The notes: a model not told the origin generated them from the sequence alone. 63,416 nucleotides of DNA from Desulfobacteraceae bacterium (GCA_003599015.1 QZIK01000133.1:1-63416), one strand, 5' to 3'; positions 26,159 through 37,431 are shown, counted from the stretch's first letter. A program made the numbers and translations.

Positions 26159-27270
26159 GATGCCGGCCTTTCTATCCATCCCCCACCTATCACGCGCCCA
26201 TCCAGATAACATACGAGTGCCTGGCCGGGGGTTACAGCCCGCTGGGGATCATCAAAGGTAAAGACCATCCTTTTTTTCGACAAGGCCTTCAGCACTCCCG
26301 AAGCCTCCCTGTGTCTGTATCGGATCTGGGCCTTGCAACGAAGCTCTTCCATATGTTTATCATCATCAATCCAGGACCAGTCACGGATTGAGACCTCACG
26401 CCTCAAAAGCTCTTCTCTTAAACCAACCATCACCTGGTTTTTTTCCGGCAGAAGTTCAATGACATACAGGGGCGAATGGTGCGCTATTCCTAGACCGTGC
26501 CTTTGGCCGATGGTGTATCTGTGAATCCCTTTATGGATCCCAAGGGTCTTTCCACTGGTGTCTACAATCTCTCCAGGGTATCCTCCCGTATGGTTGTTTC
26601 TTTCAACCAGGAGGCGGTAGTCTCCATCGCCCAAAAAACATACATCCCTGCTTTCTCCCTTTGGAATTTGCAATATGCCCGCCGCATCAGCAATCTCTCT
26701 TACATGGTGTTTTGTCAGTCTGCCCAGTGGGAAGAGAACTCTTTTGAGCATATTGCCGGTAAGTCTGTGCAGGAAATAAGACTGATCTTTTGACGGGTCC
26801 GCCCCTCTGAAAAGCTCAGCGCCTCCTCTCAAGTGGTTCATGGAAGATATCGCATAATGTCCTGTGGCTATGAAACGGATACCCTGCTCCAGGGCAAACT
26901 CGGAAAGGCGCTTAAACTTGATCTCAGCATTGCAGACAACGCATGGATTGGGCGTTTCTCCAAGTCTGTAGGACAAGATAAAAGGCACAATTACCTTTCT
27001 GTGAAATGAATCCTTCAGGTCAACGGTTTCAAGCGGAAGACCCAGTAAGTCGGCAATCCTGGTTGCCTGCCTTTGTCTTTCCTCGGCCAGGGAAGGAGGG
27101 GCAGGCATTAAAAAATGGATACCCTTGACTGTCCAGCCGGCCGATGAGAGGAGGAGCGCGGCCACCGCGCTGTCTATTCCTCCGCTCATGGCAACCGCAA
27201 CAGTTGATGGTTCCGGGTGCTGGTTGATGTTAGGGGGCGTGAAGCTTAACCCTGATAATCTCTGAGTCAA
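26155..27270 (-). CDS. mnmA: tRNA 2-thiouridine(34) synthase
   Basis: PP-loop AMSGGIDSAVAA. PNPCVVCNAEIKF carries CxxC rather than DxxC. Also KDQSYFL and a second catalytic Cys in SRDVCFLG. Confidence 0.9.
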   Translation of the reverse strand: MTQRLSGLSFTPPNINQHPEPSTVAVAMSGGIDSAVAALLLSSAGWTVKGIHFLMPAPPSLAEERQRQATRIADLLGLPLETVDLKDSFHRKVIVPFILSYRLGETPNPCVVCNAEIKFKRLSEFALEQGIRFIATGHYAISSMNHLRGGAELFRGADPSKDQSYFLHRLTGNMLKRVLFPLGRLTKHHVREIADAAGILQIPKGESRDVCFLGDGDYRLLVERNNHTGGYPGEIVDTSGKTLGIHKGIHRYTIGQRHGLGIAHHSPLYVIELLPEKNQVMVGLREELLRREVSIRDWSWIDDDKHMEELRCKAQIRYRHREASGVLKALSKKRMVFTFDDPQRAVTPGQALVCYLDGRVIGGGWIERPAS

Positions 27271-27692
27271 TACAGGAGAGCCTTGTTAAATTTGACTTCC
27301 ATTGCCCTTGCCGGGCATGCTGAAACGCATAATTCGCAGGCGCTGCATTTATCTCTTTCAAAGACAACTTCCATCCTCGGTCTCTTGACATGGAGGGCGC
27401 CTGTCGGGCATACTGCTGTGCAGGCTCCGCATTGGAAGCATTTCAAATCGTCCCTCCTAATATCCTGGCCGATGCTGTCAACCTGTACCCCAAGGCTTTT
27501 CAGGTAACGGATTCCCCTCTGAAAATTGCTTCTGTGGCCGCTTAGCTCAAGTACCATGAAGCCCTCTTCCCTGGGGTATATTGTTGCCTTGAGTATGTTG
27601 AAGGTAAGATCGAACTTTTTTACAAGGTTCACTACCACAGGTTTGTTGGCCGTCTTCTTGGGGAAGCGCAGCGCCAGCATCTTGGAGTACAT
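27267..27692 (-). CDS. NIL-domain plus 2x[4Fe-4S] ferredoxin-domain protein
   Basis: N-terminal NIL-like domain (VVVNLVKKFDLTFNILKATI...VLELSG). CFQCGACTAVCP and CSACELCVSACP. The stop overlaps the mnmA start by 4 nt. Confidence 0.75.
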   Translation of the reverse strand: MYSKMLALRFPKKTANKPVVVNLVKKFDLTFNILKATIYPREEGFMVLELSGHRSNFQRGIRYLKSLGVQVDSIGQDIRRDDLKCFQCGACTAVCPTGALHVKRPRMEVVFERDKCSACELCVSACPARAMEVKFNKALLY

Positions 27693-27698
27693 ACCAGC

Positions 27699-28883
27699 CT
27701 ACCCCCTGTACCTTTTAATTACCCTTTCAAATCCTGGAAGGGCCTTTTGTATTACGGCATCGGATACGCAATATGCTATTCTGAAGTGGCCAGGGCCTCC
27801 GAAACCGCTTCCGGGAACGGTTAAAATGTTTTCTTCCTGAAGTCTTGTTACAAATTCCACATCGTCTTTGTCGGGGGTTCTGGGAAAGAGATAAAACGCC
27901 CCCCGGGGCTTGATAAAGTCGTATCCGAAGGATGCCAGGCCATTGCAAAGCATATCCCTTTTCTTTTGGTAAATACTGACGTCAACCGCTTCGTCCAGGA
28001 GTTCGGCGACTACCCGCTGCATAATGGCCGGGGCATTTACATATCCAAGTATACGGTTGCAGAGAACCATTCCCTGCACCAGCATCGATTTATCAGGGGT
28101 TTCAGGGTGCACCGCAGCATAACCTATACGTTCGCCCGGCAGGGAAAGATCCTTGGAAAAGGAGGTCACCACAAAGCTTTCACGGTAGATATTAAATATG
28201 CTGGGGACCTTGACGCCGTCATAGATTATCTTTCTATATGGTTCGTCTGAGATGAGGTAGATGGGGCGTCCAAGTTTCCCGCTTCGGTATAAGAGCAATT
28301 CGGCTAGACTTTTGAGCTCCGGATCGCTGTAAACCTTTCCGGTGGGGTTGTTGGGGGAATCAATCAAAACAGCCCTGGTCTTTTCTGATATGGCTTCGTT
28401 GATTTTATCAAGATCAAAAGAAAAGTCATCCCTTGTCGGTACTATCCTGGGGACTCCCTGGTGATTGTCCAGATAGAAGTTATATTCAACAAAATAAGGA
28501 CTGGGAATTACCACCTCATCCCCTGGATCAAGGATGGTCTTAAGGACTACGTTGAGTGCCCCTCCGGCGCCTACTGTCATGACAATGTCGTCGGCAGAAA
28601 AGACCGCATTGTTAAAGGAACTAAGATGCCTTGCCACAGCACTCCTCGTCGCTTCCAGACCGGCGTTTGACATGTATGCATGACGCCCTGGCGTAGTGTC
28701 CTCCGCAACCTTCTTGAGAATCTCCCTGAACCTCGTCGGGGGTTCCAGGTTCGGATTTCCCAGGCTGAAGTCAAATACGTTTTCCGCGCCGAACTGTGCT
28801 TTTCTCCTGGTTCCTTCCTCAAACATCTTTCTTATCCATGATGATCTTGCGATGGCGCTTTCCACTTTTTTAGACGCGGGCAT
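27699..28883 (-). CDS. PLP-dependent aminotransferase, class I (aspartate/alanine aminotransferase-like)
   Basis: 394 aa. NPNNPTG motif (SPNNPTGKVY), PLP-lysine context SFSKDLSLPGERIGY, and the terminal R in FRIAY. Confidence 0.85.
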   Translation of the reverse strand: MPASKKVESAIARSSWIRKMFEEGTRRKAQFGAENVFDFSLGNPNLEPPTRFREILKKVAEDTTPGRHAYMSNAGLEATRSAVARHLSSFNNAVFSADDIVMTVGAGGALNVVLKTILDPGDEVVIPSPYFVEYNFYLDNHQGVPRIVPTRDDFSFDLDKINEAISEKTRAVLIDSPNNPTGKVYSDPELKSLAELLLYRSGKLGRPIYLISDEPYRKIIYDGVKVPSIFNIYRESFVVTSFSKDLSLPGERIGYAAVHPETPDKSMLVQGMVLCNRILGYVNAPAIMQRVVAELLDEAVDVSIYQKKRDMLCNGLASFGYDFIKPRGAFYLFPRTPDKDDVEFVTRLQEENILTVPGSGFGGPGHFRIAYCVSDAVIQKALPGFERVIKRYRG

Positions 28884-28968
28884 TTGACTTCCTCCTTTTC
28901 ATGCTTTCCTGGCTCCAGGATAAGGTTTTAACGGCCCTTGTCAACAAAAAACCCTTTGGTAATTGATC

Positions 28969-28997
28969 TTGACACCTTATGAGGGTTCTTTTAGGCT
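28969..28997 (+). promoter_or_regulatory. candidate sigma-70 promoter upstream of pfk
   Basis: TTGACA (28969-28974), a 17-nt spacer, then TAGGCT (28992-28997). It lies about 200 nt upstream of the pfk ATG. Confidence 0.35.
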
Positions 28998-29011
28998 TCT
29001 TTTGCGACGCT

Positions 29012-29148
29012 GGAGCGCTGCTGGCTCAATAGAGTTCCCTATTCGGCATATCGGAAAATGATATGCTAAGGCTGTTATGGGGCACAGGTTGCTCCCTGAC
29101 TGCATTGCTATCGGGGAATCTGCCGTGTAAATTTGTTTGCTGCGCTCC
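29012..29148 (+). other. candidate structured 5' leader RNA (closing stem, second stem, two hairpins)
   Basis: Hand-folded. 29012-29021 pairs with 29139-29148 (9 bp, one U-U mismatch). 29031-29039 pairs with 29114-29121 (8 bp, one bulge). Hairpin GCATATC/GATATGC at 29046-29066. Hairpin GGGGCA/TGCTCCC at 29079-29096. Confidence 0.3.
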
Positions 29149-29203
29149 TTAGTGTGGATGCCTTGTCTTAAATGGCGGAAGCGATATAAGGAGGGATTCC
29201 TTT

Positions 29204-30379
29204 ATGAAGAAACCAAAAGGGCCTAAAAGGACTCTGGCCATATTGACAGGCGGGGGAGATGTCCCTGGGCTCAACCCCTGCATAAAGACCCTTGTCTACA
29301 GAGGGGTCAGTGAAGGTATCAGGGTGCTCGGCATCAGGAGAGGATGGAGAGGAATACTGGCCTATAATCCTGACGACCGCTCTTCCCGTAAGGCCTGCAT
29401 TGAGGAACTTCAGCCCCTTAGTGTAAGGACCATAGACCGCTACGGGGGAACATATCTGCATACCTCCCGAACGAACCCAAGTGCCGCAAAGATCAAGGAT
29501 GTACCCGAGCATCTGAAGATCAGCTTTGCCGGGGGAGAGAAGACAAAGGATTTTACAGCCGATGTTATAAAAAACCTGGAATCTCTGGGTGTGGAAGCAG
29601 TAATACCCATAGGCGGAGACGACACCTTAAGCTTTGCCGTTAGGCTCCACAAGGAAGGTTTCCCAGTAATAGGGATACCAAAAACAATGGATAACGACGT
29701 TTTCGGAACGGATTACTGCATAGGTTTTTCGACCGCCGTCACCAGAGGTGTTGGTTTTATTCATGCCCTCAGGACATGTGCAGGCTCCCACGAGCGTATA
29801 GCAGTGGTGGAACTCTTTGGGAGGTATTGCGGAGAAACTTCCTTAATATCAGCTTATCTTGCCGGTGTTGACCGTGCAATAATATCAGAGGTGCCGTTTG
29901 ATCCGGGGAGACTGGCTGAACTTGTGATGAAAGACAAGAAGGCCAATCCCAAAAACTACGCTATGATAACCATATCAGAAGGGGCCACAATGGTTGGGGG
30001 AGATATGGTTATGGGAGGCGACCCTGATGCATTCGGGCATAAAAGGCTTGGAGGAATCGGAGAGGAGACCGGAGCGGTGCTCAAAAAATTGACCGGAGAG
30101 GATGTGCTCAACCAACGTCTGTCCTATCTCATGAGAAGTGGAGCCCCGGATTCACTGGATCTTATGGTTGCAGTAAATTATGCCAATATGGCGATAGATC
30201 TTTTTCTCAAGGGAATATACGGCCGTCTTGTGGCCCTGAGCAGAGGAATATACACCGACATACCGCTCAGCACGGTGATAAGCGGACAGAAAAGAGTTGA
30301 TGTAAGGGAGCTTTATGACATAAAGGAGTATCGTCCTAAGGTAATGCATGTAAGCGGCAAGCCCATGTTTCTCTATTAG
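29204..30379 (+). CDS. pfp: 6-phosphofructokinase, probably pyrophosphate-dependent
   Basis: GGDDTL and PKTMDND carry Asp and Lys at the two positions that are Gly in ATP-dependent PfkA (GGDGS, PGTIDND). Confidence 0.8.
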   Translation: MKKPKGPKRTLAILTGGGDVPGLNPCIKTLVYRGVSEGIRVLGIRRGWRGILAYNPDDRSSRKACIEELQPLSVRTIDRYGGTYLHTSRTNPSAAKIKDVPEHLKISFAGGEKTKDFTADVIKNLESLGVEAVIPIGGDDTLSFAVRLHKEGFPVIGIPKTMDNDVFGTDYCIGFSTAVTRGVGFIHALRTCAGSHERIAVVELFGRYCGETSLISAYLAGVDRAIISEVPFDPGRLAELVMKDKKANPKNYAMITISEGATMVGGDMVMGGDPDAFGHKRLGGIGEETGAVLKKLTGEDVLNQRLSYLMRSGAPDSLDLMVAVNYANMAIDLFLKGIYGRLVALSRGIYTDIPLSTVISGQKRVDVRELYDIKEYRPKVMHVSGKPMFLY

Positions 30380-30538
30380 CTTTTTTCTCATTATTATCAT
30401 CAGATGGTCAGACAGGAGGCAGTAATCGTAATAACTTGTCTTATTTTGTGGTTTTCTTCATGATGCTTTCCTTGCGACCTGGAGAGGTTTCCCTCCCCTT
30501 AGGCCGACAGACTGACGCAGACGGGGCCTTAGCGATAA

Positions 30539-31624
30539 ATGGGTGAAGAGATAAAAAGGAGATTGACCCGCCGGATTTATGTGGGCGGAATCCCTATAGG
30601 AGGGGGTGCTCCCATAGCGGTTCAGTCCATGACCAATACAGATACGCGAGATGTGGAGTCAACAATATGTCAGATCAGGGAATTAGTTGAGGCAGGATGC
30701 CAGCTGGTGAGGCTGGCAGTACCGGATATGGAGGCTGCTGAGGCCTTTGGCAGAATAAGACGCAGGGTAAAAACACCTCTCATTGCGGATATTCATTTTG
30801 ATCACCGTCTTGCCCTGGCATCCATTGAAGAAGGGGCAGACGGCCTCAGGATCAACCCAGGTACCATGGCCGGGGAATCCGCTGTGGCCAAAGTGGCAAA
30901 AGCGGCTATTAGCCGGAAGATCCCCATAAGAGTCGGCGTCAATTCCGGATCTCTGCCCAGGGATATCTTAAAAAAGCATGGCGGTCCATCTCCATCGGCC
31001 CTTGTGGAAGGGGCCCTGAAGCAGCTGGAGTTTCTGGAATCCCTGGGCGTCGAGCAGATAAAGGTGTCCCTTAAGTCCTCCCATGTTATTACGACCATTA
31101 GATCCTATGAGATGCTGAGTGAGCGAGTGGACTACCCGTTGCATCTGGGGGTAACGGAGGCAGGTACCCTGATTTCCGGAACTGTTAAAAGCGCCATAGG
31201 AATCGGCCAACTTCTTTACAAAGGCATCGGGGACACTTTCAGGGTGTCTTTGACACGACCTCCTGTTGAGGAAGTCAAGGTGGCTTTTGAGATTTTGAGG
31301 GCGCTTGATATCAGGCACAGAGGCCCTGAAATAATCTCCTGCCCCACATGCGGACGCTGCGAAATAGATCTTTTTTCCCTGGTGGCAGAGGTTGAAAAGG
31401 CTCTTGCGGGTATTGAGCACTCTCCACGGATTGCCATCATGGGGTGCGTAGTAAATGGCCCAGGAGAGGCAAAGGAGGCTGATGTGGGAATAGCAGGCGG
31501 CCGAGGGCATGGGCTTCTTTTTAAGAAGGGTCATGTTGTGAGGAAGATACCTGAGGCTGAACTGGCAAGGGCGCTTGTGGATGAGGTGATGAGTCTTGCC
31601 GGAGAATATTCCGGAGATCTTTAA
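30539..31624 (+). CDS. ispG: 4-hydroxy-3-methylbut-2-en-1-yl diphosphate synthase
   Basis: VQSMTNTDT, ADIHFDHRLAL, LRINPG. C-terminal cluster Cys: CPTCGRC...GCVVNGPGE. Confidence 0.9.
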   Translation: MGEEIKRRLTRRIYVGGIPIGGGAPIAVQSMTNTDTRDVESTICQIRELVEAGCQLVRLAVPDMEAAEAFGRIRRRVKTPLIADIHFDHRLALASIEEGADGLRINPGTMAGESAVAKVAKAAISRKIPIRVGVNSGSLPRDILKKHGGPSPSALVEGALKQLEFLESLGVEQIKVSLKSSHVITTIRSYEMLSERVDYPLHLGVTEAGTLISGTVKSAIGIGQLLYKGIGDTFRVSLTRPPVEEVKVAFEILRALDIRHRGPEIISCPTCGRCEIDLFSLVAEVEKALAGIEHSPRIAIMGCVVNGPGEAKEADVGIAGGRGHGLLFKKGHVVRKIPEAELARALVDEVMSLAGEYSGDL

Positions 31625-31643
31625 AGGAGGTTGGAGTTAGCTC

Positions 31644-33365
31644 ATGAGATATTCGAAGTATTTCATACCTACCCAGAAGGAGGTGCCGTCGGATGCTGAG
31701 GTTGTAAGTCACCAGTTGATGCTCAGGGCCGGTATGATTCGCAAGCTTACATCCGGCATCTATACCTATCTTCCTCTAGGTCTTCGCTCCCTTAAAAAGG
31801 TGGAGCGTATAATAAGAGAGGAAATGGACATGGCAGGGGCCATAGAGCTTGTCATGCCTGCGGTTCAGCCTGCAGAGCTTTGGCAGGAGAGCGGAAGGTG
31901 GGACTACTACGGAAAGGAGCTTTTAAGATTAAAGGACAGACACGGCAGAGACGCCTGCTTTGGGCCCACTCATGAAGAGGTCATAACCGATCTTGTAAGA
32001 AGAGAGGTCAAGTCCTACAAGCAACTGCCCGTCAATTTTTATCAGATCCAGACAAAGTTCAGGGATGAGATAAGACCCCGCTTCGGCCTTATGCGGGGAA
32101 GAGAATTTATAATGAAGGATGCATACAGCTTTGACGCCGGCGAAGAGGGTGTTGCTAGGAGCTACATGAGAATGCATGAGGCCTATTGCCGAATATTTGA
32201 GCGATGCGGCCTTGCTTTTCGTGCTGTGGAGGCTGATACAGGGACAATAGGGGGAAGCTTCTCGCATGAATTTATGGTTCTGGCTGACACTGGTGAAGAC
32301 GAGGTGGTGAGTTGCACCTCATGTGCATACGCAGCCAACCTTGAAAAGGCCGAGGTGAAAGATCAGGTTGCTCCTTCCGGGACCCGGGAGCTTTTGCCTC
32401 TTAAAGAAGTTGCCACTCCAGGCGCAAAAACTGTAGAGGAGGTCACATCCTTTCTTTCTATCGGACCTGAAAAACTGGTCAAGACCATTATTCTGGAGGC
32501 GGATGGAACCCCTGTGGCGGTGCTTGTGCGGGGAGACCACGAGATCAATCTTGCCAAGCTTAAGGTCTTTCTGGGGGCACAGGTGGTTGAGATGGCCTCC
32601 ACAAAGATAATTGAAGATGTGACAGGGGCGCCGACGGGCTTTGCAGGACCGAAAGGAATAAGAGTGAAGGTTGTGGCTGATAACTCCGTACGGAACATGA
32701 GCAATTATGTGACAGGAGGCAATAAAAAAGATCTGCATCTTGCTAACGTAACTCACGGCAGAGATTATGCTATAAGCGCCTTCGGCGATCTGCGGATCAT
32801 AACCTCTCTTGACATGTGCCCCAGATGCGGAGCCTCCATAGAGTTCAGAAGAGGCATTGAGGTCGGTCACATATTCAAGCTGGGCACAAAATACAGCAAG
32901 GCCATGAAGGCCTTTTTTCTGGACGAACGGGGTGAGGAGAGGCCTTTTGTTATGGGGTGCTACGGAATAGGAGTTGGGAGAACCCTTGCTGCTGCAATAG
33001 AACAGAACCATGATGAAAAAGGAATAACTTTTCCTCTGCCGCTTGCCCCGTTTCAGGTTGCGCTTCTGCCTTTGCAGATGCATGAATCCAGGGTTGTCGA
33101 GGCTGCGGAGTATCTTTACAGAGAACTCATTTCCAAAGGAGTAGAGGTTCTTATGGACGACAGGGACGAGAGACCCGGCGTCAAATTTAACGACGCTGAT
33201 TTAATAGGGATACCTCTTCGTGTAACTGTGGGGACAAAAAGCCTTAAGGAAGGAGGCGTGGAGATTAAACTGCGGACTGAGGAAAGAGGATCCATTGCGG
33301 CCCTGCATGAGGCTGCTTCCTGTGTAACGAATAAACTGGCAGCGCTTAATGATTCGCTTAAATGA
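31644..33365 (+). CDS. proS: proline--tRNA ligase (bacterial type with editing insertion)
   Basis: [14 protein letters not shown]-terminus, class II motifs ([25 protein letters not shown]; GCYGIGVGR), and an INS editing domain. Confidence 0.95.
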   Translation: MRYSKYFIPTQKEVPSDAEVVSHQLMLRAGMIRKLTSGIYTYLPLGLRSLKKVERIIREEMDMAGAIELVMPAVQPAELWQESGRWDYYGKELLRLKDRHGRDACFGPTHEEVITDLVRREVKSYKQLPVNFYQIQTKFRDEIRPRFGLMRGREFIMKDAYSFDAGEEGVARSYMRMHEAYCRIFERCGLAFRAVEADTGTIGGSFSHEFMVLADTGEDEVVSCTSCAYAANLEKAEVKDQVAPSGTRELLPLKEVATPGAKTVEEVTSFLSIGPEKLVKTIILEADGTPVAVLVRGDHEINLAKLKVFLGAQVVEMASTKIIEDVTGAPTGFAGPKGIRVKVVADNSVRNMSNYVTGGNKKDLHLANVTHGRDYAISAFGDLRIITSLDMCPRCGASIEFRRGIEVGHIFKLGTKYSKAMKAFFLDERGEERPFVMGCYGIGVGRTLAAAIEQNHDEKGITFPLPLAPFQVALLPLQMHESRVVEAAEYLYRELISKGVEVLMDDRDERPGVKFNDADLIGIPLRVTVGTKSLKEGGVEIKLRTEERGSIAALHEAASCVTNKLAALNDSLK

Positions 33366-35490
33366 CATCACGGCTCTGGTCCTGAGTTATCATCCCCGGG
33401 CAGATATCCAAATTATTGAGAAGGCTTACGTGTATTCTGCAAAGGTGCATCAAGGGCAGGTTCGCCTCAGCGGCGAACCCTATCTGTCCCATGTTATGGA
33501 AACTGCACATATTCTGGCCCAGATGAAGATGGACGTTGTCTGTATAGCAGCAGGGCTTCTCCATGATACCATTGAAGATACAAATGCCACTCCAGATGAG
33601 ATAGAGAGGCTGTTTGGGGCCGAAGCACTGAGGATTGTTGACGGGGTTACAAAGCTCAGCAAGCTCAAATTCAACAGCGCAAAGGAACGACAGGCTGAAA
33701 ATGTCAGAAAGATGATCCTTGCCATGTCTACAGACATAAGGGTCATTCTGGTAAAGCTGGCTGACAGGCTTCACAACATGAGAACTCTGGGTTTTCAGCC
33801 ACCTGAAAAACAGAGGAGAATCGCGGAGGAAACCCTGGATATCTATGCGCCGATAGCGGGGAGGATGGGTATCCACTGGATCAAGTCAAGTCTGGAAGAC
33901 CTTTGCCTCTACTATCTGGAGCCGGACATCTATGAAAACATACAATCCACAATCGCCCAGAGGAGGGATGAAAGAGACCGATTCATCAGTGATGTCATTG
34001 AGATACTGTCTGCAAAACTTAAGGAACACGACATAAAGCCGATAATTAAGGGAAGGCATAAGCACTTTTACAGCATATTCAGGAAAATGAAAGACCAGAA
34101 CCTTGATGTCAGTCAGGTCTATGACGTCCTGGCCTTCAGGATCATTGTGGATACGGTAAGGGATTGCTATGCGGTCCTCGGGCATGTCCATTCGATGTGG
34201 AAACCGGTTCAGGGTAGAATCAAGGACTATATCTCTGTACCCAAGCAGAATATGTATCAGTCGCTTCACACAACCGTTATCGGCCCCTACGGTCAAAGAA
34301 TGGAACTTCAGATAAGAACCTGGGATATGGACAAGGTTGCTGAAGAGGGTATTGCCGCCCACTGGAGATACAAGGAGGGAGGAGTATCCGGAACTGTTGA
34401 TGAAAAGCAGTTGGGATGGGTCCGGCAGCTCATGGAATGGCAGCAGAACCTCAAAGACCCCGGGCAGTTTCTGGAATCTGTGCGGATGGATCTATTTCCC
34501 AATGATGTCTATGTGTTTACGCCGAAAGGTGAGGTAAAGGAGTTCCCGATGGGCGCCACCCCGGTGGACTTTGCATACAGCATACATTCTGAGGTGGGGG
34601 AAAGATGCTCGGGTGCAAAGGTTAACGGCAGAATGGTTCCTTTGAGATACAAACTTAAAAACGGGGATATAGTTGAGATAATAACCAGCCCCAAGGGACA
34701 TCCAAGCAAGGACTGGCTGGGATTAGTCAAAACCTCAAGGGCCAAAACCAAGATAAGACAATGGGTTCAGAGTCAGGAGAGGGAGGAGAGTATAAGGCTG
34801 GGAAAGGAGATCCTCGAGAAGTATGTGCAGCAGGAACATCTTTCCATCCCAAATATTCTTAAAAGTGATGTTCTGGTTGCAGCGGCAAAGGAGTTGTCTT
34901 TCCGATCCGTCGAGGACCTTCTGGCTCAGATAGGGCTTGGAAGGGCGTCGGCCAGGCAGGTGCTGAGCCGCATCAGGCCAAAGATAGAGACAAAGGAGGA
35001 AAAGGGCTCCGGCTTTGTAAGCAAGGTTGTGGATCTGTGGCGGCGCCGCAGAGACCCTGCCGGTATTGAGGTGACAGGGGTAAGCGATATGCTGGTGCGC
35101 TACGCCCAATGCTGCCACCCTGTTCCCGGCGACCGAGTAGTAGGTTTCATTACCAGGGGCAGGGGCGTATCAGTGCATCGGGAGAACTGCCCGGCGATCA
35201 TAGATTCGGTCCCGGAAAGACTTGTTCCAGTGAACTGGGTTCCTCCCAGAGATGAGGTCTTTCCCGTCATTCTCAGGGTTACAAGCGTTGAAAGGAAGGG
35301 AGTGCTTGCGGATGTAAGCGCAGTGATAACCCAGAAAGATGCCAATATCGCAAGGGCGGAAATCCAGACCACTATGGACAGAAAGGGAATCTCCTTCTTT
35401 ACCATTGAGGTAAAAAACACCACTCAACTCCAGGAGATAACCGCTGCCATTAAGAAGGTGAAGGATGTACTTATAGTTGAAAGACTCTAA
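33349..35490 (+). CDS. relA: bifunctional (p)ppGpp synthetase/hydrolase (RelA/SpoT homolog)
   Basis: HD domain (HDTIEDT), synthetase domain ([14 protein letters not shown]), TGS and ACT C-terminal domains. Overlaps the proS end by 17 nt. Confidence 0.95.
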   Translation: MIRLNDITALVLSYHPRADIQIIEKAYVYSAKVHQGQVRLSGEPYLSHVMETAHILAQMKMDVVCIAAGLLHDTIEDTNATPDEIERLFGAEALRIVDGVTKLSKLKFNSAKERQAENVRKMILAMSTDIRVILVKLADRLHNMRTLGFQPPEKQRRIAEETLDIYAPIAGRMGIHWIKSSLEDLCLYYLEPDIYENIQSTIAQRRDERDRFISDVIEILSAKLKEHDIKPIIKGRHKHFYSIFRKMKDQNLDVSQVYDVLAFRIIVDTVRDCYAVLGHVHSMWKPVQGRIKDYISVPKQNMYQSLHTTVIGPYGQRMELQIRTWDMDKVAEEGIAAHWRYKEGGVSGTVDEKQLGWVRQLMEWQQNLKDPGQFLESVRMDLFPNDVYVFTPKGEVKEFPMGATPVDFAYSIHSEVGERCSGAKVNGRMVPLRYKLKNGDIVEIITSPKGHPSKDWLGLVKTSRAKTKIRQWVQSQEREESIRLGKEILEKYVQQEHLSIPNILKSDVLVAAAKELSFRSVEDLLAQIGLGRASARQVLSRIRPKIETKEEKGSGFVSKVVDLWRRRRDPAGIEVTGVSDMLVRYAQCCHPVPGDRVVGFITRGRGVSVHRENCPAIIDSVPERLVPVNWVPPRDEVFPVILRVTSVERKGVLADVSAVITQKDANIARAEIQTTMDRKGISFFTIEVKNTTQLQEITAAIKKVKDVLIVERL

Positions 35491-35508
35491 GGCGTTGTAT
35501 TTTTTTGG

Positions 35509-35697
35509 TTAAATCTTGACAATTCTTCCTGATTTTATGCAGTTGGTGCATACTCTCATGGTTTTAGGCTGTCCATCACTAATGCAATGCACTTTTTTGA
35601 GATTTGGAAGCCATCTGGTTCGTGTTTTGTTGTTGGCATGGCTTACCTTATTACCAAGCTGGGGTTTTTTTCCACATATCTCGCAGGCTCTCGCCAT
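35509..35697 (-). CDS. rpmB: 50S ribosomal protein L28
   Basis: 62 aa: [35 protein letters not shown]. The longer ORF-track version adds an unlikely N-terminal extension. Confidence 0.9.
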   Translation of the reverse strand: MARACEICGKKPQLGNKVSHANNKTRTRWLPNLKKVHCISDGQPKTMRVCTNCIKSGRIVKI

Positions 35698-35841
35698 TGG
35701 TTTGTCTCCTTTATATAATGGTATAATGCTAATTGTGAGTTTATCTTCGTGAGAAGATCCCGCACATGAAAATGAAGCATATAAAAAAATATTTATAATT
35801 TTTCTTTTGAATCTTGGCAAGGATTTTTTTTGGAGAATGAT

Positions 35842-37320
35842 ATGACAGCGCCGCGCGAAATATTCACTGGCGAGGAAATCCCTTTACCATCGCCGATTCT
35901 TAACCGCATTCCGGAAAAAATTAATCACATTCATCTCATGGGCATATGCGGTACAGGAATGGCATCGTTGGCCGGAATCCTGCAGAACATTGGTTATCAT
36001 GTAACAGGCTCCGATCAGGATGTTTATCCTCCCATGAGCCATCTTTTGGAATCGCTGAATATAAAGGTCATGAAAGGTTATGGCTCAGACAACCTTAATC
36101 CGTCTCCTGATCTGGTGGTTGTTGGAAATGTGATTACCAGGGCTAATCCAGAAGCCATGGCTATGGTTGCGAAAAACCTGCCCTATGTTTCATTCCCTCA
36201 GGCTATCAGGAACTTCGCACTCAAAGGAAAGAAAAGTGTCGTCATAAGCGGTACACATGGAAAGACCACAACCTCGTCCCTTGCTGCCTGGATGCTGAAT
36301 TGTGCAGGGATGGATCCCGGATTTATGATTGGAGGGATCCCTGCTAACTTTCAGGTCAACTTCAGACTTGGAACAGGGACCTTTTTTGTTATAGAGGGTG
36401 ACGAATATGATACGGCCTTTTTTGACAAGGGGCCAAAGTTCCTTCACTACGATCCGTGGGGATGCATTATTACCAGTATAGAGTATGACCATGCGGATAT
36501 TTACCGCGATATTGATCATGTCTGTGACAGTTTTGCCAAACTGATCTCTTTGATTCCCGGAGACGGTTTTCTCATCGCCAATTTCGATTATGCCAGGCTA
36601 AAAAAAGAGGCAGTGCTCGCCCTATGCCCTGTTCACACCTATGGCTTGAATGGTCATTCTACCTGGGGAGCAGACGGCATAGTAACAGAAAACGGCATCA
36701 CCAGCTTAAGGATATTAAGAAATGGAAGGATTTTTACTGATCTTTCGACGCATATTTACGGACTCCATAATATATCCAATCTCATTTCCGTAGTGGCGTT
36801 AAGTCAATGCCTTGATGTCCCCGTCAGAGCCGTTAAAGAGGCGGCTATGGAATTTAAGGGAGTAAAGAGAAGACAGGAATTAATTGGAGAGGCAAAGGGC
36901 GTTACCGTACTGGATGATTTCGCACATCATCCGACCGCTGTTAAGGAGACGGTTGCCGCGGTAAGGGGACGCTATCCTCTCAGAAGGATTATTGCCGTAT
37001 TTGAGCCGCGCTCCAATTCAAGCAGGAGAAATGTCTTCCAGGAACAATACTCCCGGTCATTCTCAGGTGCGGATCTGGTGATGATACCCAGACCTTCTCT
37101 TTTGGAAAAGATTCCTCCTGCCGACAGGTTTTCATCAGAGAGGCTGGTTGAAGACCTCAGAAAGAAAGGCCTGAGTGCCTATTATTTTGAGAATACAAAC
37201 GGGCTGTTGAAGACCCTTACAGGAGAGGCAAGGAGCGGGGATGTAGTTCTCTTTATGTCCAACGGAGCCTTTGACCATTTACCTAAGAGATTTTTTGAGA
37301 TAATGGCTGTCTCAAATTAG
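35842..37320 (+). CDS. mpl: UDP-N-acetylmuramate:L-alanyl-gamma-D-glutamyl-meso-DAP ligase
   Basis: [18 protein letters not shown]-terminus, Mur ligase P-loop [19 protein letters not shown]. The start could instead be TTG at 35830. Confidence 0.85.
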   Translation: MTAPREIFTGEEIPLPSPILNRIPEKINHIHLMGICGTGMASLAGILQNIGYHVTGSDQDVYPPMSHLLESLNIKVMKGYGSDNLNPSPDLVVVGNVITRANPEAMAMVAKNLPYVSFPQAIRNFALKGKKSVVISGTHGKTTTSSLAAWMLNCAGMDPGFMIGGIPANFQVNFRLGTGTFFVIEGDEYDTAFFDKGPKFLHYDPWGCIITSIEYDHADIYRDIDHVCDSFAKLISLIPGDGFLIANFDYARLKKEAVLALCPVHTYGLNGHSTWGADGIVTENGITSLRILRNGRIFTDLSTHIYGLHNISNLISVVALSQCLDVPVRAVKEAAMEFKGVKRRQELIGEAKGVTVLDDFAHHPTAVKETVAAVRGRYPLRRIIAVFEPRSNSSRRNVFQEQYSRSFSGADLVMIPRPSLLEKIPPADRFSSERLVEDLRKKGLSAYYFENTNGLLKTLTGEARSGDVVLFMSNGAFDHLPKRFFEIMAVSN

Positions 37321-37350
37321 ATGAGAAGGCCTGGTAACGAGGTATTTTAT

Positions 37351-37379
37351 TTGAATTGATTTCCTTATCAAATTAAACT
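37351..37379 (+). promoter_or_regulatory. candidate sigma-70 promoter of the GAF-ANTAR gene
   Basis: TTGAAT (37351-37356), a 17-nt spacer, then TAAACT (37374-37379). Confidence 0.4.
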
Positions 37380-37431
37380 TACATAACACAGGAATTTTCC
37401 ATACCCGGGATAAGGATGATTTGCAGGATCA

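Noticed and set aside
28884-29203. The idea that the structured region upstream of pfk is 6S RNA or another housekeeping RNA (SRP, RNase P, tmRNA).
   Set aside because: The fold lacks the long interrupted helix with a central bubble typical of 6S RNA. None of the conserved SRP, RNase P or tmRNA sequence motifs is present.
32319-33083. A 254-aa ORF antisense to proS. There are similar long antisense ORFs in ispG (30968-31534), the 2-hydroxyacid dehydrogenase (42188-42709) and relA (33358-34362).
   Set aside because: The opposite-strand genes carry unambiguous family motifs across the whole region. The antisense translations are Cys/His/Arg-rich with no family resemblance and no RBS.
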